Below, piece after piece: positions 1 to 14,000 of a DNA stretch of 64,000 bases. The notes under the pieces were generated by a model. That model made no database searches, was not told the origin of the DNA, and worked only from the letters and a program-made list of their open reading frames with translations. The stretch's first letter is position 1; every line of letters begins with the position of its first letter. Source of the DNA: Lingula anatina (lineage: Eukaryota; Animalia; Brachiopoda); contig CM120640.1 in the NCBI GenBank assembly GCA_051362555.1, positions 6,696,001 to 6,760,000 of the forward strand, in the 5' to 3' direction. The position numbers and the translations under genes are program-made.

Positions 1-3000
1 TTCTACTCAATTCTTCTTCAAGCTCTTTTATTTTGATATTCTTCTGTTGCAACTCCTCACTAAACTGACTAGCCTGGAGACAGAAAGTTAGGACATATTA
101 AAAGAAAGACTACAGCCAATTAGAATATGCTTTTGAAATAAATAGAATGAAAAAAAAATTACTTAATTAATGTAGCCATCAAAGCGTAGCTTTAAAGTTT
201 AGGCAAGTATCACTTCTCTCAACTTATTAAATGTGTGTAAATGACTTAACAACATACCTTGGCTCCAGATTCAGCATTAGACGTTTCATAGTCCTGGATT
301 TGTTTCTCTGCCTGATTTAGCTTGTGAGTCAATTCTTCTATTTGATCTAGATATTCCACAGAAGAATCTTCAGAAGCCTTGGTTTTGGCTTTTTCAGTCT
401 CAAATTCAGTCTGTAACCAAGATAAAAATTAGTTATTATTATTTTTTGATAACTGAACCTGAATGTAAATTCGGAAATCTTCAACATGCTATTTCTGATA
501 TCCTCAAAGGTATACATATACATGCATCCACACAAACCATCCATCTTCTTTCAAAACCTTATTCTTCTATTTATTCTTGGTTTAAGAAATCAACCTACCT
601 TAACTGTCCTGAGTTCTTCTGCCAGTTTGTCTGCTCTGGCCCTCTCTTCTTCTATCCTCCTCTCAAGTTGTTGCTGCTTTGCCTCTTCCTCCTCAGTTTT
701 ATTCTGTAACAAATGTGGGTCTGTTGTAAAGCTTCAGGCACATAGAACAATTTATTACTTAGCATTCATCTCATGATTCGCATTCTTTTGTTCTCATCTT
801 ACGAATTTCATAAAGTGTATTACATTATCTGCTCAATATTCACTTTTGCTTTTGATATAGTATAAAATTTCAGTTGCATTACTGTTTAGCCTTGAGAAAC
901 TGACGTCATTACCTCCAAGTCATCCTTGATAATGCTCTCTTCTTCAATAGCAAACTGCAAGTCTTCTACTTTTCTGAAAACAAAGAGTAAAAACTTACAA
1001 CAACTGGCTCCCTGCAAAGATTCATTCAGCTTATTCTCCTCCTTCAGCTTAGTTACATCAATGTCAAGGTAAACTGAGTAAGATCATTTCCTATATCGTA
1101 AATACTCCAATTACACTACTGGTTCTCCTCCATCTCAGAGAGTGCCGAGGTAAAATATTAACTTCTTTTCTACAATGTAAATATAATCTAGACATGCTGT
1201 GTGCATACCTATTCTCCTCCTCTAGCTGTGCCTTCAGCTCTCTGTTCTCTTTGCCCACCTCTTCCATCAGTGCCTTCATCTGCTTCATGTTCTCCTCGTT
1301 CTCCAGCACATACCTCTCATGTTCAGCTTTCAGAGACGCCAACTGGGACTCGGCCTGGGGGAGGACAAAATGAAACGCATTGCAACATTTTGATCAATTT
1401 TTCATATGCTGTATTATCTAAGGTAATTTTTCACAGGAAGGGCAAAATGGAACATTATGCAACACTTTTGATCCATTTTGATTGAAAATGAATAACCTAA
1501 GGAAATTACCATACCAAACTATCATGCACCATTTGACCTATATTTATTATCCATATTTACTTTTTAGATGTCATAAATCTTCATGTTTTTTCTGAATCAT
1601 AAATAGTTCAGTTAAATTTTCCAGAAATGACTGAGCACGTCCTACCTCATCCACCTGGGATGCTGCCCTGGCGACCTCTGACCTCTCCATGTCCCTCTCC
1701 TTCAGCAACTGCTCTATATGCTCCTCCTTCTCCTTCAGTGCTTTCTGAAATATCAGCCTGGCCATTAGCAACATTGGTCTATTAAACCTGGTCTAACTAT
1801 GATCTTAATCTCATCAAATGAACAGTTGGTGGCCAACAACCATCACCCGTTGGTGTGAAGGGAAGTAATTCATGGAGGTACATATCTTTCAGTATATTAT
1901 GCCTAAAGTGACATAACATGATATACAGACACTTCAATAAAAATGAAAATTGACATTGCTTTGATTTTATCTTTACCTGCAAGGCTTGTGTGGTGGCTGT
2001 AAGATTCAGGGTACTTGGTCTCTTTGTGCTCTTCCCTGGAGTGGGCTGAAGTCAGGAGCAGAGTCAAATCATCAGAAAAAAAAATTGTGTAAATAACAAA
2101 TAAATGCTGTCTAAAGACAGCACTGAGTCTGCCAGCAGGTGGGCGCCAGGGGAAAGCAGTCACAAAGACCTTCACAACTTGTACCATATTTGTTTGATGG
2201 ATTTTCTAGGGCTTGAAAGTTTACAAAAAAGTACCCTTTGTTGAGAGAATTATTCTTAAAAATTTTTAAAGGTAAGAAAGTGGAAAATAGTTTTGTCTTT
2301 ATAATTTTGTATATACGTAGATTGTCACAGTACTAATGCATGGAATGTGCACATCTTAGCACATTAACTGTAAAACAAAAATAAGCAATATTTTCAGAGA
2401 TGCTAACACTGATAACAGTGAATGTACTTCATCAAATAAATATGGTACATATACATATATACTCAAGCAGTTCTCCACTTTATTGTGCACTAAACACAAC
2501 CTGAAAGCAAATCTAGGAATTCTGAAATCTGAAGCTCACTTGCTGCTGCAAGAGTCTATCTATAATAGCAGTTGTCTATGAAAAAAGAAGAGTATAAAAT
2601 GGCGACATGCTTTCTACTATGTAACTATTATGTGACTGGTATTTCATTAGTTTACATTTGCTTACAGAAGGCCAAATATAAAAAAAAATAGCTTTATGAC
2701 ATGATTTTTTTTGGAAGTCAACAATAAAAAAATTAAAGATATAAGAGAAAAGTGAAGACACATTGAAAGCATATAACTAATTATACATACATAACAGAAC
2801 AACATAAATTTCAAAATTTTACTGTACCAACCCCAAATTAATGCACAAAGTACAAAAAACACAAGATACATTGCAATGCACATGTAACAAATGAACATGA
2901 AAACAAAATGTAACTAACATAACATGAATTACAAAGAGACATGCTAAACAAATATGCATTAAGGCAAAGGTATGTAGCAAACCATAGATTTAAGTAAAAT

Positions 3001-6000
3001 AATACCACTATTTACCAACTTAAATATAATTATTAGTCTAAATGTCCCAATGATTTATATCTTTGAGTAAAAAAAGCTGCATGCATTTACGTGAAAGGTG
3101 GAAACAATTTTCTTAGTGAATTTTTAAGGTTTACTTAAATGTGTTACACCAACAGTGAATTTAAACTTTAATTCAATTATCAAAATTAAGCCATTAATTA
3201 TATGCATATAATAAACAAAATGCCTAATATGACGAGTTTTCATTTCACAAGTCATGCCAGCTTCAAGATATTTCTAATATATTGAGCAAGGGGGTGGTAA
3301 AATCCCACAAGTCAAGTGGACAGATACAGGTGGAATTAGAAGATGTTAAGAGATAAAGCTTCACCTTTAAATACCAGAAGGTCAGGTACCAATATATATG
3401 TTCCCCACCTCAAGATTAAGAACCCAAATTGCATACACATGTACAATAAATAAATAAACTTAAAACCCTCTTCCCTCAGCTCAGCTATTTCACCCTTAAA
3501 GAATATACTGTTTAATAATGATAAATAAAAAAAATCAAAAGTTCAGTATATATTATTTCCTTTTTTAAAACTTGTTTTAAAAACTAGGACATATTTTAGG
3601 TGAAAGAAAAGGGGGTTATCTTATATTTCATTTAGTTAATCAGTGTTGCATGCTGCCTGATACAGTACCTCAGCTATAAAATACCTGTATGATTAAGCTA
3701 CAGCTGAGATAAATCATGCCCCAGGTGTTAACTTTCACCTAAATTGTAAACCCCAAAGGTGGAACGATTATCACAAAAGATTTAGCCTGCAGTGGTGTCT
3801 TTCTATATCGAAAATAACCAGAATGCCATACATAAGACTTGTTTTATTCTAGGACTTTAAGTTATCAAATACGCAATGGATATGTTTCACCTGCAACTAC
3901 AAACTCAATCTTAGAACAATGGTGGACATAAATTATCTAAATTATCGTAAAATCATTTGTTATCAAGGTGTAATATCAATTCATTTTTAGAAACATAATC
4001 CCACCCACATATATATTGTTCAAGCAGAGTTAACGAGTTTGGAATATTTTTGATAGTAACCAAAGGAAATAATCTCAAACTTTTTGAGGAATTGCAAAGT
4101 TGGATAAACTAGGATCTGTTTATTTAATTAAATGCATAAATCAGACCCAAAGCTTGTAATCATCCTTTCAGACACCAGTGTTATTACATTTTATCTTAGC
4201 TCTGATATCTACTTTATATGGGCTGAAGTACTGCGATTTGTTTCCCCCTTTTTCATGCTAAATGATACATACTAAAGTAATGCAGCAATTATGTCAGTAT
4301 TATTTCTACCAAGTAAATAGATCTTATGTGAGCGCCTATATGTATCTATGATGGCATCATCTGGTGATTATTTATTTTATAATAATGATAATATAACAAA
4401 AGAGAAAAAACATGTTAGAATTTTAGTAAAATCTGTGATACAAAAAATTATAAATAAACAAAATTCCTAAGGGTTCTAAATTAGTAGAATAAATGGTAGA
4501 ATGCACCTTAATTCTTTAATAAAGCATGCAAATAAAACCCTAAACAGTATCTACCTAAATCGAGTTTTTTTTTTATTGTCCACGAATGAGAAGACTCCAA
4601 TGCAAACCAGACTATGTGGACTATCAACCAAAGTGAAGAGAAGTTTAGCCAAAAGGAACCATGGTACCAATGCCATGCTCAGGTTGCTAATGGTGGGAAA
4701 GTTGACAGTCAGGCCATGCAGGTCCTGATACCCATGAAATTACCCCAGTAATTTTACACCATTGGCATAATAGTATCATTAGCTGTGAGGAATGGGAATA
4801 ATTTGGATGAGGATTAAGTAAATTGCGAAACTTTTTACAGCGGATCTGTACTTGAAGGTGACAGTTATGAATCACTTCAAAAAATCAATTTCAATGACAA
4901 AATTATACATTTTAGTTCATAGTTTCTTAGTAATTTGTCAGTACATTCACAGAGCAAATCATCAAATTCATAATGATCACACGATTGAATGTATTATGAG
5001 TACATATAGTGTTAAGCTATATGCATAGATACATCACTACAACTCTACTTCCTTGAAGCTGGCAGGACCAGAGACTGAGAGAAAAAAAGTAGTAAAAAAA
5101 CTGCACCCATCATGCTGCATGTACCTGGCCGCTAAGGGACGTGACACCCAATCTTACCCGGCTGCGTGACACACTCGAAGCCGAGGAACCAATGGAGCTA
5201 ATGGACTCCATGCTGCCGCTACGTTCGCGGGAAGGTGTGCCTAATTTTGACAGGGAGCGTGCCCGTGGACTCCCTGAGCCACTGTGTGCACCCCCTGCTA
5301 TGCGGGCCACTTTATGAACTGGTGCAAATAGCCCAAACATTGGCTTGCACTCAAAATACCTGGAGCAAAAGGCAGAATATAAGTGGAAGGCATTATCTAT
5401 TTAACAACAATAATGTCCCAAAGATATCCTGAGAACTGTATCGCGATTATTATCACGATGACACATCCCAATAGAATTGTCATACTGCAAATCATTATCT
5501 TACAGCTTTATTATATTCAATTACAACAAGCACTCTGAATAAAATGTTCAAAAATACATCATTTTTTATCAGATACAGTACATAATGGAAAGCAGTTTTA
5601 ATTAAAGGCACAGGCATAATTTTTCTGTATCAAGCCTCATATATCTAATATGCACCATTAAAGCAATAATAACTCTTCCTTTGAGATTCAAAATTCCGCA
5701 TGAAATACATTGTAAACAACGCATGGAAATATATTCTATTGTATTTTACCACTAAAACGGCCGTTATTGCAGTAAAACTAAAATCTGTGCTTGTCAATCG
5801 GGCTTTCGATGCTTTCATCAAGGCATTCGTTGCTAATGACGTAATGGTGTCACGCGGATTCTCGCGTTCATTCGAGACCAACATAACATATGGCGCCAAA
5901 CGCATTAATGCGGACGCAGACGTAAGTTGCGAGTTTTTGTATAGTGCGTCGGATAACGAAAAGCCCAGAATGGCACACATTGTGGATATTAATGTATTTT

Positions 6001-9000
6001 TAACAAAAAGACGAATATATCTCATGAATCTTATATAGTGTTGTTGTTGTCTGCTTTTCCCGCGGTTTTAAGTAGGTCAACAGTGACTATGCGATGTCAG
6101 AGAGAGCTCCGTCAGTTAAAATCTCTTAAGAGATTTTAACAAAAAACCGTACGTTTAGGAAAAAAACCCTGGATTAACTTTGAATGCAGGAATGGGGTCG
6201 CTGACCATTGGTAAGTACGGGAAAATTGCCGTTTACTCCAGGAAAATCCAATTTTTGGCCAAAATGAAGAGTTATTATGACTTTAACAATAATCATTAAA
6301 GGTTCATTAGCTAAAATATTGGGAAATGAAAACCCCATAAAAGGGAGCAACAGCATAGAATTTTGAGACAAATAAACAATATCTGAAAAACAAGTTCTGA
6401 TAAATATGTTGAAGCTAAAACGAAGTATTCCTGAAAACCATCAAAAACAAGATAAAAACTCATATTGCATTTTGTACTGGTAATTTGTAGCATATGCCAT
6501 TTAGAATCTAAAATGCCAAAAAATCTTTTACTGCTTTTTGCGATTCTCATTATATTTGCTACAGAACTAATAATCAAAATTCATACTTTTCTGAAAAACA
6601 TAGCTTCATTTCTCATAACAAAGTGCAAATTTAAAAAACATTTCCAAGAACTTCATAGCAGTTTTCAATTAATTCCTCATATATCAAAGTACAACTCAAT
6701 GAGTCACTGATATTGCAGCTATATAAATCATGATTTACATGACAATCATTAACTACACAATTATTGATGTGAGAGGGTGACATGTCTTTTAGTACTTCAA
6801 GTAAAAAAAGATTTTGTTGACAACTTCTTCAAAAATGATTCTCAAATCTCCCCACCCGACATATTTCTAAAAAGAATTATACTACATAAAGTGCCTAATG
6901 TAACAAATGTAAATATTCCAGTGGTCGGCTCACAAGTACAGCAGTATAAGCACACAAGTGACATTTAAATGTCCTCTCCTACCTTTTTCCAGCCACTGCC
7001 CCATCATTCTTCCCCAGGGGATCATCCAGTTCCACCCCTGCCCACTCCCCCTTGGCAAAGTCTGTAGTGCCCACATAGCGTAGAGTCCCAGGCTTGGAGC
7101 CACTGACTAGGACACGGTCCCCTACTTTAAGATTATGCTTTGGTACAGAACTGGCCGTGGTGGGGAGGTTTGACACTGAGCCTGAAGGGGACCGAGTCAA
7201 GTTTGTGTTTGAGCCAAGGCTTGATTTCTTAACAAGTCCACTGGCCCTGGGTGTTGGGGCTGCCAGTCTGGAGGTTGTGCCATTGGCCTGGCCAGCCCTG
7301 GCAGGAGTGGCAGCTGGGGCCGCCGCACTGGAAGCAGAATTTGACGAGGCGGAAGCAGAGTTTGAGCTGTCCCCTGCAGGAGTCGCCTCCACACTCCCTG
7401 GTGCCACAGGCTGCCTGGTTAGTTTACCAGGCCGAGAAAATACTCCATGTTTAGGTTCACATTGAAAATATCTCACTCCTGCCACTGAGCCGTCATTCTT
7501 GCCAATGGGTTCATCTAGCACCACCCCTGCCCACTGTCCTGGGGCAAACTGTGCCTCCCCCAGGAAGGCTATTACCCCTGGCTTGGTCCCTGCCACCCAG
7601 ACACGGTCACCTATGATAAAGTCATCACTTGGTGGGGGAGGAAGCTGTGGCTCTGGACCTGGAAATACCGGGACAGAATGAAAATTTCAGATATCTAGTA
7701 CAGACTGAATGATTTGAAACTGAAATAAAAATGTTAGTTCATGCAATAGCACTGTACCTATAGCAGAACCCCTATAACCCTTTAGTATACAGCTAATTTC
7801 TAAAATATATTATTGTAGTTAAATTGGTAAATATAGTAAGATAGTAGTTTATATGCATTGCACATATAATAAGTATGGTGTAGTTCCTATAAGAAAAGAC
7901 ATAATGGTTAGTATTACAGAACATAAGAATACGTATTAAACATGAAAATACATGATTTTTTTTAGCAACATGGAAATTCACTGTCATAAAACAATACTGT
8001 TCAGCTAGCTCTCAGCTTCCTAATAAGTAGCCTTGCATCCTAGTATAAGATTGAATGGATCAGTAAACTGGACAGAGTTTTAAACAGTAATATTTTCTGT
8101 GCAGTTACAGCTGAAAAGTCTACCTAGCTATAGACGTTATACTGATTTACGAGGTGTTTGAGGTGTTTAGGGCCATTCCAATGCTTTTTCCTTAACAACA
8201 TTCCCCCATCTACAAATTTTTTCATTAAGCAATTTTGTATAAAATTGAACCTCTTAAGTAAATTAGAGAAAATTTAAAAGTTTGTTTAGAAAAGATGTCA
8301 CACTGAGGAAAAATACTGTGGAATGACCCTTTATTGTATAAATATATACATGTGCATGGTTGTATCAAAGAAACTATCCCATTAAGTGCTTCTGAGATAA
8401 CAAGGCTATTATTATCATAGTTAATACTTGATGCTTGAAAGTATAGGGGAGGTAACTATCACATGGATTATAAAATATCATCTACATATCTCAGAAACTA
8501 AATAGTCTCCAAATGACATAATTATGAAAAAAATTGTAAAGTGGTAAATTTTATACATCAACATGGCACTTCATCAAAAAATTGAAGGCCTCCAATTAAT
8601 CTATAAAAAAAGTTCACTCTGTATTCCACATGCAAAATTATTGACAGCCCCACCAACTGCATATTAAGCAAGTACCACATGCAACTATGTCCCAGCATAT
8701 GGCTTCCTTGTAGAAACATACAGTCTGACAGAAACATGTAATTATAACATTATAAAACCCAGCATTAATAACACTGGCAAGACAGCACAGATACCAGTTA
8801 CATCCCAAATCACCATCTTGTTGTCGTTTTCTTACTGTTTCCATGGTTACCTGGCAACTTATGCACCATTTGTGCGGCATATTTTTCAGCGGCGGTGGCA
8901 GAAAGGCCAGCGGCTCGGGCACTTGCAGCTATAGCACCTTAGTGGAAATTGTCAGCATAAATAATTTAGCAAAACTGAAACAGTCTGAATTGCAAAGTAA

Positions 9001-11091
9001 AAAGGTCTTACATATCTGATAACAGGATATATAATGAAATGTTACAAGATCTAACAAATATTTTCATCAGTTAACCCTAATGAAATTCAAATATTGAAAG
9101 GAACTACTTATACTGCTACTACAGTTTGCTCACATATTTTCACCAATTAGCAATGTTTCACTCATAATGATGAATATATAGCATCACATATAACAGCTTC
9201 TACCTGAACTTTATCTTTTACAGGCAGAGAGAACAACACAAAGTGAGTTTATACAGCACCTTGTACACAATTAGAAAACACCATTTTCACTCTCCTACAG
9301 CTGCAAGTTATGAAACCATGACACAGGATTCCCTTAAAAACCTATAGCTAATGAATTCTTCTTCATCTAACAAGGCATTTATATACCAGCTGCAGGAAGG
9401 TTATATATACATATGACTCAAATTGTCAGACACAATATGAAAAAGAAATAGCAGCACCAGTAACCTGAAAAAAAGGCAATCAAGAAATACAAATCTTGTT
9501 GGCATCTGATGATATGTGGTTATAGTGAACCTGCAAATATGTTGATGGTGAAGCATGCAGTCTGGAAGATCTGGCAGAGAAAAAAATGTTTAGTTTAAGA
9601 CCCTCTGAGGCTTAACAGAACTCCTATTGAAATTGCTTCAAATTTCTAATTTTGTTTGTTTTATTTTACTTAATATTTAGTTTGACAACAAGAATACAGA
9701 GACACAATATAGTTGTTTTTTAGACCCCCACGGTTAATAGATCTTTAAAATGTTTACTCAATTTCTACCATTTTTTTAATTTGACATGACAATGAAGTTC
9801 AGAGATATTCTAATGTCTTAAAAGAACAGAGTACTAATTCTACTATCTAATGAATATGTTTAATGTTTCATTGTGTTTTCCTCATATATCAGGTACCATA
9901 ATAACTAATCAGCTGTACACTAATAACAGCATTAAGCCATTATTGATAATCTCTTAATATGTGGGCATTTCCATTACAGTAAAACCTCATGTTACTTTCA
10001 ATTATCATTTCTATTCATGAAGTAATCATGGCAACAGTAAAATACATATAAATGCAGGCTTAACAATTTGAATTTTGCTCTTGCAAAAGGACAACCACTG
10101 CGCTAGGAACAGTTGAAAAAAATAACTGCCATATCAACTCATTCTGATGACGGCATTTTGCAATAAATTATCCAACAAAAGCAGCTTTTGGAGTCTGGTT
10201 TATAATGCAGGCAGATTCTTGGCAAGGGCCTGGGCTGAAACCAATAGCACATAACATACATCATTACGCAGACAGAGAAATATGAAAACATAACACAGCA
10301 GAATCCCAGCTACGATTAGTCATCCCTGAAACATTCATTAATGAGGTCAGATCACATAAATTCTATCCAAGAGCCAGTGATTCCTGTCCAGTTCATTACT
10401 GTGTCTGGTTTACCCTTAGCCTTGGCATCCATCTTCCCTGCCTTCGGCTCTCCTGTGATTCATTCTGGTAAAAAATACTGCATCAGCAAATGGTCTGTTC
10501 AAGCCTACGACCCTGAATATCTGATAATGGAATATCTATTGATTCACAGCCTCCTGTGTACGGGCTTCAACTTAAGTGCTTGAACAGAAAGTCTACAAAT
10601 TATGTCTTCTCAATGTGACTAGTGTAATGTTCTGTATTTCAAGACTAGTTGGAGGGAAAATGCTGCCTTTGGCTATCCTATTAGACATGCATTTCATATG
10701 GAAAATTATTGGCAAAATATATTGTAAGAGTTGTGTAAATTCACCATGCATTCTAGATTTGCATGCTTCTGAAAGGAACTTGATAAGTGGCATGCAGGTG
10801 TTGTGGGTGCATTTTATTAAAACAGTTTCAAACATTGGTGACAAATTGATAATGCTATTAAGTTTCTGCTCTAAAACTGTTTCAAAACTGATCTTCACTC
10901 ATCATATGTCCTCAACGGTTAAAACAATTAAGGTTACCTTTTGTAATAGATCTCTACATCCATGCAGGTCAGTACTTACTTTGTGCTTTGCTGCCTGCCT
11001 TGGGTTGCACTAACCCTGATGGCTTGCCTATTCTGGAGGGGGGTTTTAGCCCGGACGATGGGGCTTTCAACCCAGATGGTCTTGAAGTCAT
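1..11091 (-). CDS. CLIP1: CAP-Gly domain-containing linker protein (CLIP-170/restin family), 5' part; continues beyond the window start
   Basis: First coding exon 10980-11091 gives [26 protein letters not shown], resembling the CLIP-170 N-terminus. Exon 6983-7658 has two CAP-Gly domains ([26 protein letters not shown]). Exon 5125-5359 gives [17 protein letters not shown]. Further exons at 1977-2045, 1646-1744 ([28 protein letters not shown]), ~1209-1354, ~914-974 ([14 protein letters not shown]), ~599-703, ~259-410 and <1-73 are mostly coiled coil. GT-AG sites and phases are consistent. Confidence 0.93.
5662..6282. mobile_element. Non-autonomous DNA transposon (Kolobok-like MITE) in a CLIP1 intron
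   Basis: TTAA at 5658-5661 and 6283-6286. Terminal inverted repeats: AGCAATAATAACTCTTC on the left and AGTCATAATAACTCTTC as the reverse complement of the right end. The interior is CpG-rich compared with the flanks. A TTAA TSD with 5'-RR termini is the Kolobok pattern. Confidence 0.7.
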
Positions 11092-14000
11092 TTCCTAAGT
11101 TATTGTCAAGGAACTTTCTGCAATTACTTCAACATAGCCTCCTTGCTGGTAACAGGCTGGTTTCCAGATCAAACGGTGGTCACAAGGTGATCTCCTCTTT
11201 CTGCCTCCGTGTGCTTTATTCTGTCCTAATAGGAAGTGTAAAGGCTTCTTATGTTGCCATTTCACACTTTAGTACAAACTCAACCAGTCAGTTAAGCTTG
11301 TTACTTTCAGAAACTTGATAAGATGTGCCGGGCTTCAAATGATCTCACTTCTACTCTGGAATTTGCGAGTTACGAATCTTGGAATCTTGTGGGATAGGAG
11401 AGTATTTTTCTCTGGTTGTTTAACTCATTATCATCAATCTGTAATAAAGAACAGCAATGCTCAACAAAGATCATGTTAATAGAAAAAAAATATATATATA
11501 TATACTCAATTTTTTTCCAAACTATTCTATTTCTGCCTGAAAAAAGAGGCATAATAGCACACGTTAACAAAATCACACCTATACACACATTCATGTATTA
11601 GAATGAATGTGAAAGATATTTTCTATAGTGTGACCAGTTCCTATATCATATTACCCAAGTCCCACGACAGTCTGTCTACCTTGTGGACACTGTTATTGTC
11701 TTCTCCAGTGCAATGCAATTGCATCTTATATAACCATTTCAGCCCCTAGAGCATTCAGTCCCATAACTCCAGTCAGATATTACTTCTGACATCCCAATAT
11801 AATGAAGCCACATCTATTATTCAATTTAATGTGATTTGTCACAATTAACTAAATTTATTTAATCAGATAGTTTGTCTTTCTGTATTGATTCTGTCCTATG
11901 TACCAGCTGTGCAGAGCAAGCATACAGTATAGAAATGCACAAGGTAAATTCCTTCCAATACAATACACTGGCCACATGTTTATGTTTTCATTCAAGGCAA
12001 TGATAAACAAGGAAATCAATCCAGTCACCCCAGAACAAAAACTGAGAAAATGTGTCTGTAACCTGAGGACAGAGGTCTTCAAAATCTGCTAAATTATCAA
12101 TATCAAATAAAGGCAATTTATAATGATCCTAACTGACAAAAACAAAAAACAAATCAATTGTCAAAATCTAATAATCAAACAAGTATATTACTAAATCTAC
12201 AAATACAGATGCCAGCTGACTTACTTTCACTACCACTGGGTACAGAAATAACAAGCAATAAATATCCAGATCACATAACAAAACAAGCTGAAGTTCTATT
12301 TTTATAACCTACCTGTCTTTGTTAACCACATAAAAGTCATTAAATCGTCCTTTAAAAGTGACATGCATGCACCTCCCTCTACTCCTCCACAAACACTACA
12401 TCAAACTTGGACCATGTTTTATACTGTTATACTGATCTTTCATCAGCTAATTAGCTCAGCCTTTCATCTGCAATGCAGATTCTGTGTCATGTCAGTAAAT
12501 TACCATAAATGTAATTAAACCACACCTAAATAATGGCAATGAACCTGCTTATCATGTTCCTGATTCTTGTTGAAATACATGGCTGTACATGAAAACACAG
12601 GCTGGATTACCCTAATTGCTGGCCTGAGTGATGAAAATGAAGTGCCATCAAAGGTTTTCTTTTACTTGAAAGAAAATTCTTCCTACGGCAAGCTTATAGC
12701 ATTAGTTGATCAAACAGCTGTAACTTTATGAAGTTCAACTGTCAGAGCTACTAGCAGGAGATCAACATGACTGTTTTTTGTGGTGGCCACAGCAAAAGGT
12801 ACGCCAGTGAACTTGGCAGGAGTAAACCGCAAGATGGCTTATTGGCCAATGCATGTTGAAAGTTTGAAGTCTGTGAACAAAAATTTTGTTCTTTAAAACT
12901 AAATGAATTCCTAAATTATCTCTTTACTCATACGATAATTAGGGAAGCATTTAGCTATCTAAGTTAAATTTTACCTTAAACATTCTTTTTCAATGACACA
13001 ATCAAGTCTTTTAACCACTATGACGTCATAAAAAATAATAAATTATACCAACTAAGCCACTCTTTACATGTGTTTATATGCCCACAGTATACAGGCAGAG
13101 TCAAAGTCCACCCAGCATCAGCCTTACCTCCAATAATGTGTTTTTAAATATCACAATATTATCACTGCCACCATATATCCCTAACCTACCTTTCAGTGGA
13201 ATGACTAACTATACAGACTACTCAACCTTAGCATAACAAGGCAGCTTTGATTAATGGGCAGCACAGGAAGGTGTAACATTGGAGACTGTGTACAGGGCAG
13301 TCCATAAACAAATCACCATGTTCACTGTGTGAATACCTAAATCCATGGAACAACTCTTTCAGAGGTCCAAGTGCTGGTTAAGACTGATTTAACTTGTTGC
13401 TAATAAAAGAGCCAAACAGACTGACAGCTTCTAACCAGAAGGAAAGTAGTTGTATGACTCATGCTTCTTCCAGGATATGCATCATTTCACAAAAAAAGTA
13501 GGAAAGGAAAAGGACATCCAAGTACATATACACAATCAAGCTAAACCTTTTAATAGACTGAAAACACTACATGAGATTGCTTTAAAGGCACCCAGTGGGT
13601 AGAATTCAATTCAGCTCTGCTTCACCAAATAGCAGACCTATCTGAAAAGGTTAGGAAAACCTTACGGACAGTAACAGGTCATATCTACATTACCTGCAAT
13701 GTACTTGTAGACCTAAGCCTCTTCACAGTATACATGTACAGAGTATACACCGTATACAGAGTATACATGTACAGTATGTAAAGTTGTATCACAGGCAAAC
13801 ACACAGGTTGTTCAGAACCCAGCACACTTATTATTACATCACAGATAAGACCTGCTGTGAAATCCCACTTCATCTGATGTTGTTTGCACGTACCAACTTT
13901 CATACCAGTTGGTAACCATCAAAGCAATCAATACCACTTAAGATGTAATTTCATTGATATCTTGCAATCTTATCTAAACCGAGAAGATGTGGATTATACT

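Noticed and set aside
5645-6038. Overlapping 126-aa (-) and 112-aa (+) ORFs
   Set aside because: They lie inside the TTAA-flanked MITE and show no transposase or other recognisable motif.
7094-7681. Several plus-strand ORFs
   Set aside because: They are antisense shadows of the GC-rich CAP-Gly exon of CLIP1.
10341-11318. Plus-strand ORFs of 80-145 aa
   Set aside because: No motifs and low coding plausibility. The region is explained by the minus-strand first exon and 5'UTR of CLIP1.
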